From the NCBI GenBank assembly GCA_965214405.1, contig OZ243956.1, positions 1,664,001 through 1,728,000 on the forward strand: DNA of 64,000 bases, given 5' to 3'. The notes under the pieces were generated by a model. It saw only the letters and a list, made by a program, of their open reading frames with translations, had not been told where the DNA came from and did no database searches. This DNA is from Trueperaceae bacterium. Its GTDB lineage: Bacteria > Deinococcota > Deinococci > Deinococcales > Trueperaceae. Both the position numbers and the translations under genes were made by a program. This document shows positions 19,737 through 28,863 of the stretch, piece by piece (within the stretch, counting starts at the first letter, position 1; each line of letters begins with the position of its first letter).

Positions 19737-19944
19737 GCTTTTGCTTGCCATTGCTTGCCACTGGTAAAGAGGGTACACGCGTCCTCACCTATTTTTCCAA
19801 ATAAGCCTTAGCGCGAAACTCTTCATCTTTGTTCATCCCGCCCCACACCCCTTCTCACCTCCCGCGTGATAACGTCAGCTCTGAAAGCGCGGCGTGGTGA
19901 AATTCACACGCGTCGGGCGCTCGAGAAAGAGAAGGGATTTTGTG

Positions 19945-21111
19945 ATGAAACGTTTGACGGTGACGAGCCTCGCGCTCGTGCTTTTGACGCTATTAGGGTT
20001 GGGGACGGCCCAGGATACTCCGGCCTCGCTCGACCCCGTCGTGATTCAGGTGGGCGACACGACCGAGACGCTAAGCAACTTTAACCAACGTTTTGAGATT
20101 GCCCTGCGCAACGTGGCCGCGCAGCAGGGCGTGGGGCTAGACGCCGCCACCCGCGCCCAGTTCGAGGGCTTTAAGCCCGTATTTTTAGACCAGCGCGCCA
20201 CCGAGCTCGCGCTGCTTGGGGAGGCGCAAGCGCGCGGCGTTACTGTGCCCGACGAAGACGTGGACGCGCGCGTCGCCGAGGCCCGGCAGAACTTCGATTC
20301 GGACGAGGCGTTTAACGAGGCGCTCCAGAGCGCAGGCTTCGCCGACGAGGCGCAGTTAAGGCAGATTATCCGCGAGACCGACACCATCCAGGCGGTCGTT
20401 GACGCGCTCCGCGAGGAGGTTGAGGTCAGCGACGCGGACGTTGAAGCCTACTACAATGAAAATCAGGCCCAGTTCGAGAGCCCCGAGCAGGTCTGCGCGC
20501 GCCACATTTTGGTGGCGACCGAAGAGGAGGCGCAGAGCATCTCTCAAGAACTTGAGGGCGGGGCCGACTTCGCCACGCTCGCCCAGGAACGCAGCACCGA
20601 CCCCGGCAGCGGCGCGCAGGGCGGCGACTTGGGCTGCTTTACGCAAGACCGCATGGTCGCGCCTTTTGCCGAGGCCGCCTTTGGGGCTACCGTCGATGAG
20701 GTTGTAGGCCCCGTCCAGACGCAGTTCGGTTATCACCTCATCAAGGTGTACGAGCGCCGCGAGGCGGGCGTCCAACCGCTTGACGAGGTGCAAGAGGGCG
20801 TTCGTCAGCAGCTTCAAGAGCAGGGCTTGAGCGACAGCATCGCCGCGCTCCGCGAAACCTATAACGTTCAGACCTTTCCCGAAAATCTCGGCGTGGGCGC
20901 GACGGGCGGCGGGGCAGAAACAGGTGGCGCAGAAACAGACGGCGCAGAAACAGACGGCGCGGGTGACGTGGCTGTAACCGGCGGAGACGTTACGGGTGGT
21001 GTCATGACGGGCGGAGACGCTACGGGGGGCACACCAACGGGCGGCGCAGCGACGGGCGGAACCGACGTGACCGGCGGTGAAGGAATGACGGGTGGTACAG
21101 GCGGTCAGTAG
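19945..21111 (+). CDS. exported parvulin-type peptidyl-prolyl isomerase (PrsA/SurA-like) with Thr-Gly-Gly repeat tail
   Basis: Signal peptide; ARHILV, FATLAQERSTDPGS..GGDLG.F...MV.PF..AAF, TQFGYHLI. Confidence 0.9.
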   Translation: MKRLTVTSLALVLLTLLGLGTAQDTPASLDPVVIQVGDTTETLSNFNQRFEIALRNVAAQQGVGLDAATRAQFEGFKPVFLDQRATELALLGEAQARGVTVPDEDVDARVAEARQNFDSDEAFNEALQSAGFADEAQLRQIIRETDTIQAVVDALREEVEVSDADVEAYYNENQAQFESPEQVCARHILVATEEEAQSISQELEGGADFATLAQERSTDPGSGAQGGDLGCFTQDRMVAPFAEAAFGATVDEVVGPVQTQFGYHLIKVYERREAGVQPLDEVQEGVRQQLQEQGLSDSIAALRETYNVQTFPENLGVGATGGGAETGGAETDGAETDGAGDVAVTGGDVTGGVMTGGDATGGTPTGGAATGGTDVTGGEGMTGGTGGQ

Positions 21112-21150
21112 CTTTTTGTGATGTTTGGCCGGTAGATGTTTGACTCGAGC

Positions 21151-21180
21151 AGAGACGGGATTTCACCTCCCGTCTCTTTT
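21151..21180 (+). terminator. intrinsic terminator
   Basis: AGAGACGGGA-tttcacc-TCCCGTCTCT followed by TTT. Confidence 0.75.
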
Positions 21181-21286
21181 CGCTCGAGCCTTGTGAAATT
21201 ACCCGAGACGGGGTTGAAGCAGGTCAGTCGTCGGAATCCAGAAACAGCATTCAGCCGATCCGGGACGTCCGTGCGACGATGAGGGC

Positions 21287-21892
21287 ATGACTGACGCTGC
21301 GGCTCCCAAAGAAACTCACAGCGAGACCGGTAGCGGCCCCTATAGCGGCGTCGTGCTTGCGGGGGGGTGCTCGAGCCGCTTTGGTCGTGACAAGGCGCTG
21401 CACGTCTACCGCGGCAAGCCTCTGCTGCAATGGGTTTTGGATTCGCTCGCAGGCGCAGGTGAACGCCTGGTGATTGCTGAACGCGACTATCCCGACTTTG
21501 GCGTTCCCGTTCGTCCCGACCTGATAAGCGGGGGGAGCAGCCTGAGCGGTCTTCACGCGGCGCTCTCTTACGCGCGCCATGACTGGGTCGCGCTCGCCGC
21601 GTGCGACATGCCCTTCTTGACGCCTGCCTATTGGGAACAGCTTTGGGCGCGTCGGGGGGCGGCACCTCTCGTCGTCGCAACCAATCAGGCGGGGGGACCC
21701 GAGCCCCTCGCCGCCCTTTACCACCGCGCGCTCTTGCCGCTCGTGACGCAAAAGTTGGGGCAGGGCGACTTGAGGATGAGCGCGCTCGCCTCGCAAGCGG
21801 GCGCGTCTGTGGTGAGCTGGCGCGACCTGGCCCCCCACGTCGACGCGCGGCTTTTTCTCAACGTCAACACACCCGGCCAACTGCCCCCTTGA
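21287..21892 (+). CDS. mobA: molybdenum cofactor guanylyltransferase
   Basis: VLAGG.SSRFGRDKA, ACDMPF, EPLAALY, FLNVNTP. Confidence 0.92.
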   Translation: MTDAAAPKETHSETGSGPYSGVVLAGGCSSRFGRDKALHVYRGKPLLQWVLDSLAGAGERLVIAERDYPDFGVPVRPDLISGGSSLSGLHAALSYARHDWVALAACDMPFLTPAYWEQLWARRGAAPLVVATNQAGGPEPLAALYHRALLPLVTQKLGQGDLRMSALASQAGASVVSWRDLAPHVDARLFLNVNTPGQLPP

Positions 21893-22299
21893 GGGTGCGT
21901 TTGAGCCGTATCACTTGATGGCAAAGCTTTTCATCCAGCGTTAAAGACTCAATATCAGCCTCGCATGAACCCGCTCGAGGGAACATTGTGAAAAGGTTCA
22001 AGCGCGGGCCGCCCAAAACTCGCTAGAGTAACCCTGTGGTTTTAGCCCCCGGGTCGTGGAAGGTACAGCGCCAGAAGGAGCGGTTGTTTGCGTTCAGCCT
22101 CGAGCGCCAGGCAGGCATGGTGAAGGCGGGAGGTTTGGGCGCACACCCCGCCATTCCTTCGCGCTCGAGCACGCTCCGAGGTGACCGCTGTCACCCGAAA
22201 ATTGCCAGGTGGGGCGTTAAATGGTAGGGTTCGGGCAGCAGACGGTAGCGCTCAACACCCCCCCATCCAACCGAGGGATTCCAAAAGAGTGAGGTACGT

Positions 22300-23655
22300 A
22301 TGAAAGTTGTGATTATCGGCACAGGCTATGTAGGACTTACGACGGGCGTCGCGCTCGCCTATCTCGGACACCGCGTCACGTGCGTGGATAAAAATCCGCA
22401 GATTATCGACACGCTCAGGTCGGGCCGCGCGACCATTCACGAGCCCGGACTCGACGAGCTTTTGCACGAGTCGAAGTCGCGCCTCACCTTTCAGACGGAC
22501 ATCCCTGCGCTAGAGGGCAAAGAGGTCGTCATCATCGCGGTGGGCACGCCCACCAAGCACAACGGCGACGCCGACCTTCAGTATGTGGACGCGGCGGCGC
22601 GCGAAGTCGCGGCGTGCATTACCGACGGCGCGCAACTCGTCGTCGTCAACAAGTCCACCGTACCCGTGGGCAGCGCGCGCCACGTCGAGGGCATCATCCA
22701 CCGCGAACTCGCCATGAAAGGCGTCAAGGCCGACGTGTGGGTCGCCTCGAACCCCGAATTTTTGGCCGAGGGCCGCGCGACGCACGACACGCTCTACCCC
22801 GACCGCATCGTGGTGGGGGCCGACAACCCCACCGCCATAGGGATGCTCCGCGAGCTCTATGCGCCCCTGTTAGAGCAAGACTTCGACGCGCCCACGCAGA
22901 CGCCCCGCCCGGAGCGCTACCCCCTGCCCTCGCTCATCACCACCACCGCCACCAGCGCCGAGCTGACCAAATACGCCGCCAACTCCTTTTTGGCGACCAA
23001 AATCTCGTTTATCAACGAGTTCGCGCAGCTCGCCGAGCACATCGGCGCGGACATCACGCAGGTCGCGCGCGCTATCGGGCTAGACACCCGCATCGGCCCC
23101 AAATTTTTGCACGCGGGCCTCGGCTGGGGCGGCTCCTGCTTCGGCAAGGACACCCGGGCCATCGTGACGATGGCTAAGGGCTACGACCACACCATGTCGA
23201 TTGTCGAGGCCGCCATCGACGTGAACCAGCGCCAGCGCCTCCACGTCATCGACCGCTTGCAGCAACACCTCAAGGTGCTGCGCGGCACGACCATCGGCAT
23301 TTTGGGCTTGGCGTTCAAGGGCAACACCGACGATCTAAGAGACGCGCCCGCCCTGACCATTATCGAGAAGCTTCACGAGCGCGGGGCCATCATCCGCGTT
23401 CACGACCCCATCGCAATGGACAGCGCCAAAAAGCTCTACCCCGACCTGCCCGTCGAATACTGCGAAGACGCCATGTGTTTGGCGCTGGGGTGTGACGCGC
23501 TCGTCGTCGCAACCGACTGGCAAGAGTACAAGCACCTTCCCTTCGACGAGATGAAAAAGCGGATGAAGGGCGACCTCATCCTAGACGCCCGCAACCTGCT
23601 CAACGCCGCCGAGATTCAGGAAAAAGGCTTTACCTACGTCGGCGTCGGCCGTTAG
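22300..23655 (+). CDS. ugd: UDP-glucose 6-dehydrogenase
   Basis: GTGYVGL, AVGTP, KSTVPVG, NPEFLAEG, KYAANSFLATKISFINE, GWGGSCFGKD. Confidence 0.95.
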   Translation: MKVVIIGTGYVGLTTGVALAYLGHRVTCVDKNPQIIDTLRSGRATIHEPGLDELLHESKSRLTFQTDIPALEGKEVVIIAVGTPTKHNGDADLQYVDAAAREVAACITDGAQLVVVNKSTVPVGSARHVEGIIHRELAMKGVKADVWVASNPEFLAEGRATHDTLYPDRIVVGADNPTAIGMLRELYAPLLEQDFDAPTQTPRPERYPLPSLITTTATSAELTKYAANSFLATKISFINEFAQLAEHIGADITQVARAIGLDTRIGPKFLHAGLGWGGSCFGKDTRAIVTMAKGYDHTMSIVEAAIDVNQRQRLHVIDRLQQHLKVLRGTTIGILGLAFKGNTDDLRDAPALTIIEKLHERGAIIRVHDPIAMDSAKKLYPDLPVEYCEDAMCLALGCDALVVATDWQEYKHLPFDEMKKRMKGDLILDARNLLNAAEIQEKGFTYVGVGR

Positions 23656-23815
23656 GCGCGTAGGGCGTCGCCGATAGGCTTTTTACATATGCTTTGACGT
23701 ACGATGACGCTGCACAAAGCAGCGTCATTTTTCTTGAAGCCCTCACCTCAACCTTGAGCCGGGGCTTGCGCGCATACCGTGAAGCTCCGCTAGCGCTCCC
23801 TTCTGTGAGGCTCTT

Positions 23816-25969
23816 ATGAAAGTCTATTCGTTCGACGTGTTCGACACCTGCGTGGTGCGGTGCTACCCGCGCCCCACCGATCTCTTTTACCCGCTCGCCA
23901 GCGCGATGCTGACTCAGACGCGCGGCAAAGAGGCGTTTGCCGAGGCGGAGGTTTACGAGCTCGTCCGGGAACGAATCGCGGCTGAAAGGGAGGCGCAGCG
24001 GACGAAAACGCGGGGAGACGTCACGCTCGCCGACATCTACCGCGCGTTCTCTTCTCTTGACGTTTGGGGCATCAACCCACACGCCATGCAAGAGGCAGAG
24101 GTGGCGCTCGAGCTCCGCGCCGTGCGCCCCGTTCATGTAATCAAAAGGCGCATCGAGACGTTGCGGGCGGGGGGCGCACGTATTATTTATATTTCGGACA
24201 TGTACCTGCCCCACGCAGTCATCTGGCAGATGCTCATTGACCAGGGTGTCGCGCAGGAGGGCGAAACGCTTTACGTGTCGGGCGACTTGGGCGTTACAAA
24301 ACGTTCGGGAAGGCTTTTCGACCACGTTCTGAAAACCGAGGGGCTAAAGCCGGGTGAGCTCGAGCACGTCGGCGACAACGTCTACGGCGACTTTTTCGCC
24401 GCGCGCAAGCGGGGCGTCAAGGCGGAGCACTTTACCGCCTCGCACCCCAACCGTTTTGAGGACGCGCTTTTGCGCGGCGCGCCGAACGCCCCACAAGACG
24501 CCGCGCTCGTCGCGGGGCTGAGCCGCGCCACCAGGCTCTCCGCCCCCATGAGTGCCGCAGCGGAGGGGGGGCAAGCCAGGAGTGTAGACGATAGGTCTAG
24601 CTCAGACGGAGCCGTGAGGGACAGCGTCACGGCCTTGAGCGCAAACGTCTTGGCACCCCTTCTAAGCGGTTTCGCGCTCTGGATGCTAAGAGACGCGCAG
24701 GCCAGGGGGCTCGAGCGCCTCTACTTCACCGAGGGCAACGACCTTATGCTAAAGGTGACCCAAGCTCTCGCGCCAGCCGGTGCGCCCGAACTCCGTTATC
24801 TGCACGGTTCGGAAGATGCGTGGCGTCTAGCCTCCTTGACCGAGCACGACATACTGAGGCTTCAGGGTGACCCGGCGGGGACGCCGCAACACCACGCCAG
24901 GCTCGACATCATGCCCGACCTCGTCATGCCTAGCGCCCCTGCGTCCGGCGGCGGCGGGGCGTGGCGCGCGCTCGAGCAGAGCGCAGGGGCAGGCAACGTC
25001 AGCACACCCCAACGCGCGCTCGAGGACCCCAAAGCTTCTCAACAGGTGCTCGAGCGCGCCCTGAAAGCGAGGGAGGACGCGCTCGCCTATTTTAGACAAG
25101 AAGGTCTTTTGGACGACCAGGCGTGGGCGGTTGTAGACACGGGCTGGACGCTGGAGGCGCAGCAGTCACTCAAGAAGATATTGGGGGCGGGCGGGCAAAA
25201 TCACATATTTGGTTACTACCTGGGGCTTTCTAAAACCCGCGTCCGAGCGCCCCAAAGCGGGCCGAGCCGCGCCTTTTTTCTCGAGGAGGCCGAGACCGCG
25301 CCGGGCGGGGGAAGCGCGCCCCTGTTTGAAAGCAAAAGGCTGATTGAACACCTCCTCAAGGCGGCGGGGCGCACCCAGGGCTACCGCTGCGAGGCCGGAC
25401 GCGTCGTTCCCTATCCCGCAGCCCAGTCCACAGATCAGCCCGCCAAGCAGGAGCAGGCGCAAATGGAGGTGGTACGCATCCTCGAAGAAACCACCGTCGT
25501 CTTTGCTCGAGAACTTACGCAGAGCGACCTTATGCTACCGGATGGTTATGACGAGAATAGCTTTAGGAAAAATGCTTCTAAAGAGGACGTTTTCAAAGGA
25601 GCCGCGCGCGCCGCTGTAAACCTCTTTCTCTCGAAACCCACACGCCGCGAGGCTCGAGCCGTCACCGCCCTCCTTGACGCCGCTGCCCACCCCAAAACGC
25701 CGACGCCGCTCTTGCACCCCCTGCGCGCCAGCACCCTCTACCGTTTTGCCAGGGACGCCGGAGGTCTCTTCCGTTCACGTTCCCGCCGCCGCGCGCTCGC
25801 CAACCTCAAGGGGCTGCGTGAGAGTTTCCCTTGGCTCGAGGGGTCCGTGGCGCTCTCAGGCCCCTGGACTCGTCCCCTCTTGTGGGCGATCCAAGAGGCG
25901 CGGGGGCTTCGCAAGGCGCGAAAAGGCTGGGCGGTCAGGGCCGCGCGCGTGATGCAGGGGCGGCGCTAG
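23816..25969 (+). CDS. HAD-superfamily hydrolase, polysaccharide-locus type
   Basis: SFDVFDT, ISDMYL, K.SG.LF, HVGDN..GD; C-terminal VDTGW....Q..L and GYYLG. Confidence 0.8.
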   Translation: MKVYSFDVFDTCVVRCYPRPTDLFYPLASAMLTQTRGKEAFAEAEVYELVRERIAAEREAQRTKTRGDVTLADIYRAFSSLDVWGINPHAMQEAEVALELRAVRPVHVIKRRIETLRAGGARIIYISDMYLPHAVIWQMLIDQGVAQEGETLYVSGDLGVTKRSGRLFDHVLKTEGLKPGELEHVGDNVYGDFFAARKRGVKAEHFTASHPNRFEDALLRGAPNAPQDAALVAGLSRATRLSAPMSAAAEGGQARSVDDRSSSDGAVRDSVTALSANVLAPLLSGFALWMLRDAQARGLERLYFTEGNDLMLKVTQALAPAGAPELRYLHGSEDAWRLASLTEHDILRLQGDPAGTPQHHARLDIMPDLVMPSAPASGGGGAWRALEQSAGAGNVSTPQRALEDPKASQQVLERALKAREDALAYFRQEGLLDDQAWAVVDTGWTLEAQQSLKKILGAGGQNHIFGYYLGLSKTRVRAPQSGPSRAFFLEEAETAPGGGSAPLFESKRLIEHLLKAAGRTQGYRCEAGRVVPYPAAQSTDQPAKQEQAQMEVVRILEETTVVFARELTQSDLMLPDGYDENSFRKNASKEDVFKGAARAAVNLFLSKPTRREARAVTALLDAAAHPKTPTPLLHPLRASTLYRFARDAGGLFRSRSRRRALANLKGLRESFPWLEGSVALSGPWTRPLLWAIQEARGLRKARKGWAVRAARVMQGRR

Positions 25970-26098
25970 CTCCTAAACCTCTGGCTGTGCTTCAGACCTC
26001 ATGATGAACTCGCGTTACGCAGATATGAGTGTGAGGTAGGGTAATGGGGAGATAGGGGAAAACCAAAAGCTTACGCTCCCCATTTACCCCCCAACTCC

Positions 26099-26207
26099 CT
26101 AGTACACCAACCATTTTATATTGAGGGATAGAGCCACAACTCCCTGGTGTCGTTCACAGCAGCTTCCATTTGGCTTATCCATCAATACTTTATGGTCGGA
26201 GCACTAG
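26099..26207. mobile_element. MITE-like non-autonomous IS630-family element (109 bp)
   Basis: CTAG at both ends; imperfect ~37-bp inverted repeats (CTAGTACACCAACCATTTTATATTGAGGGATAGAGCCA versus reverse complement CTAGTGCTCCGACCATAAAGTATTGATGGATAAGCCA). Confidence 0.72.
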
Positions 26208-27400
26208 TACCCTAACCAGGTAGAACAGAGGGGTAAAGTCGTTTAAGTTTAACGCGGGCATCGTCTGTGGTGAAGCGCCAGTCCACAGTATTTTTACGAT
26301 TGTTACGCTGCCCAGCCCAGACTTGAACGTCTTCTTTGAGAGTGTCCACGGAGGCTACGTGGTCAGCCAAACACTGTTTAGCCAAGACGGAAAGTTCGAT
26401 TTCTGCCATGTTCAACCACGAACCGTGTACAGGTGTGTAGTGGATTTCAAGCTTCTGGACCAACCGTTGCGCCTCGTGGGGAGCAAAGGTTTGGTAAAGG
26501 CTGCTGGCGTGGTGGGTGCTCAGGTTGTCCTGCACCAGCACGACCTTGCTTGCGTCGGGGAAGCACTCGTCCACTAAATAGCGGATGACATGGGCGTAAT
26601 CGTCGGCAGTGCGCGTTTTATGAACTTGCACCTCACGCCACGCCTCAAGTGGCGCAAAAAGCATGAACAGGTTGGCCTGGCCGTGGCGCTCGTATTCGTA
26701 ATCCACACGCTGAGGCTTGCCCGGCTCTAAGGGCAGGTCTTCCTGGACGCTGCTTGTAAGTTGTTTACACGCTTCGTCCAAACATACCACCGGTCGCTTA
26801 GGGTCGTGCGGACGTTGGTAGACTTCCAGTACATCTTCCATTTGGGCGACGAAGCGGGCGTTCTCTTTGGGTGGAATCACCCAGCACTTCTTTAACCAAG
26901 GCTTGAGTTCGTTTTTTTAAGCGTTTGTCGGATGGTCTCTTTCGCAACGCCATCGACGTAGCCCGCCGCAATCACTTTGTCTTGCAGCAGTTCCAGGGTC
27001 CAGCGCTTTCGTCCCTTGGGAGCTTCGCTGCAAACGCTGGCAATCAGAAACGCCTCTGCTTCGCCACCCAGCACTCTTACCTTGCGCTGCTGTTGCTCTT
27101 TACGAAATACCGACTCTACACCTCGCTCTAAAAACGCCTTCTTGACTCGCACTACCGTAGGTGGACTGACCCTTAGCTTGGTTCGTATCGCCTCGACTTT
27201 CCACGCGCCTTCCTCACGGTTGGTGTCCGACAACAGCAGAATGCGGGCACGGGTCTTTTCTCGTAGCGAGCGCTTATTCGCACGTGCTAACTTTTCTAGC
27301 TCTGTACGTTCTTCGGCTTGTAAGCTTATCTTTATGGCTGCTGGCATGAAAGAAAAAATAGCAGCTTTTGTCTTAACTTGCTACCTGGTTGGGGTACTAG
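26204..27400 (-). mobile_element. complete IS630-family insertion sequence
   Basis: Terminal inverted repeats CTAGTACCCTAACCAGGTAG / CTACCTGGTTGGGGTACTAG (19/20 match) including the duplicated TA within CTAG; lower GC than the flanks. Confidence 0.93.
26212..27347 (-). CDS. IS630 transposase in two ORFs (26892-27347 HTH; 26212-~26915 DDE) joined by a -1 shift
   Basis: GRKRWTLELL HTH region; VCLDE, YER.G, VQDNLSTH, YTPVHGSWLNMAEIE; A7C slippery run at 26911-26918 gives LKKNELKPWLKKCWVIPP. Confidence 0.93.
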
Positions 27401-27458
27401 TCTCCAAACGGCTTAAAAGACCACTGATTAGAGCGTAACGACGAGCGCGTGAAGTGAG

Positions 27459-28439
27459 TTATGAACGTGCGTACGCTTTTTCGCCCGCTTCTACAGCGCG
27501 CAGCCACCCGACAAATGCGGCCAGGCCCTCCTTCAGACCCGTTTTCGGGCTGTAACCCAGCAGGCGCTCCGCTTTAGAGATGTCGGCCCAGGTTTGGGGC
27601 ACGTCGCCGGGTTGTTCGGGCAGCCGGTTGATGAGGGCCTCGACGCCGAGCGCTCCCTCGAGACCCTCAATAAGCTCGTTCAAGCTCACCGTTTGGTTGT
27701 TGCCCAGATTGATGGCCTCAAAAGGCGAACCGTCAAAGGAAAGCGCGGCCATGATGCCCTCGACCGTGTCGTTCACGAAGGTGTAGTCGCGCCGCGTCGT
27801 GCCGTCGCCGTAAACGGGAATGGCCTTACCGTCCAACATAAGACGGGCAAACTTGTGAATGGCTAGGTCGGGGCGCTGGCGCGGCCCATACACGGTAAAA
27901 AAGCGCAAGGCGATGAAGCGGATGCCGTAGAGGTGGCTGTAGACGTGACCCAGGAGTTCCGCGCTCATTTTGGTGCTCGCGTAGGGGCTGATGGGCTTTA
28001 AGAGATAGTCGTCTTCGCGCCAGGGAACGTTGGGATTCACGCCGTAGACGCTGCTCGAAGAGGCGAATACAAACTGCTTTACGCCCCACTCCTTGGCAAG
28101 TTCCAGCATGTTTTGGGTACCGCTCACGTTCACGCTCTGGTAACCCACCGGGTCCTGGATGCTGGGTCTCACGCCCGCCTTGGCGGCAATGTGGGCGATG
28201 ACGTCGTAGTCGCCCGTCAACTGGGCGCGGAGCGCGCTCAAGTGGCGAACGTCCTCACGGACGAGCCGGTAGTTCGGGTGTTCTTGATGCGCGCAGGTAT
28301 TTTGCTCCTTGACGCTTGCGTCGTAAAAGGGGTCGAAGTTGTCGACAACCGTGACGTCGCAGCCGCGCGCCAAAAGCTTGTCGACCAAGTGGCTGGCGAT
28401 AAACCCAGCGCCTCCCGTAACCAGTACACGTTTCATCAT
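27459..28439 (-). CDS. NAD-dependent epimerase (UDP-glucuronate 4-epimerase-like)
   Basis: TGGAGFI, AAKAGVRPS, ASSSSVYG, YASTK, LRFFTVYGPRQRPDLAIHKF. Confidence 0.92.
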   Translation of the reverse strand: MMKRVLVTGGAGFIASHLVDKLLARGCDVTVVDNFDPFYDASVKEQNTCAHQEHPNYRLVREDVRHLSALRAQLTGDYDVIAHIAAKAGVRPSIQDPVGYQSVNVSGTQNMLELAKEWGVKQFVFASSSSVYGVNPNVPWREDDYLLKPISPYASTKMSAELLGHVYSHLYGIRFIALRFFTVYGPRQRPDLAIHKFARLMLDGKAIPVYGDGTTRRDYTFVNDTVEGIMAALSFDGSPFEAINLGNNQTVSLNELIEGLEGALGVEALINRLPEQPGDVPQTWADISKAERLLGYSPKTGLKEGLAAFVGWLRAVEAGEKAYARS

Positions 28440-28863
28440 CACCCTTTTTCCTCTACCGCACGCCGCTCGAGAGCGTATTGTGTGCATTTCAGTCGGTCTG
28501 CCCTGTTTTGACTCTACGCACTTTAATCTTACAAAAAGATAACTCTAGCAAGGATGCTGCGCCGCCTACTGCTATCATACCGTTTATACGCCATAACTCT
28601 TAGGCAGGATCCCAAGAGATTCACACTGAAATTTATACTGGGAATTCGCTCCGAAGTTCCATTGTCGGAGCCTTTTAGAGTTTACCGGTCTTTTATCATC
28701 AGGAGCCCACGCAGCAGAAATCCCCACCCTACACCCCCGCCAAACACAGAGTCCGCTTTGTAACGATGGGAGTCGTGTTTGCTATTTCTGAATAATACCA
28801 CGCCCAACCGTGTGGGGGCGTGGTGGCGCATTGGCTCGAGGCGGTACCTGTTATAGTTGCCGC

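Noticed and set aside
22241..22252. ops/JUMPStart-like GACGGTAGCG upstream of ugd
   Set aside because: Imperfect short match, likely by chance in GC-rich DNA, and no RfaH-like gene is seen
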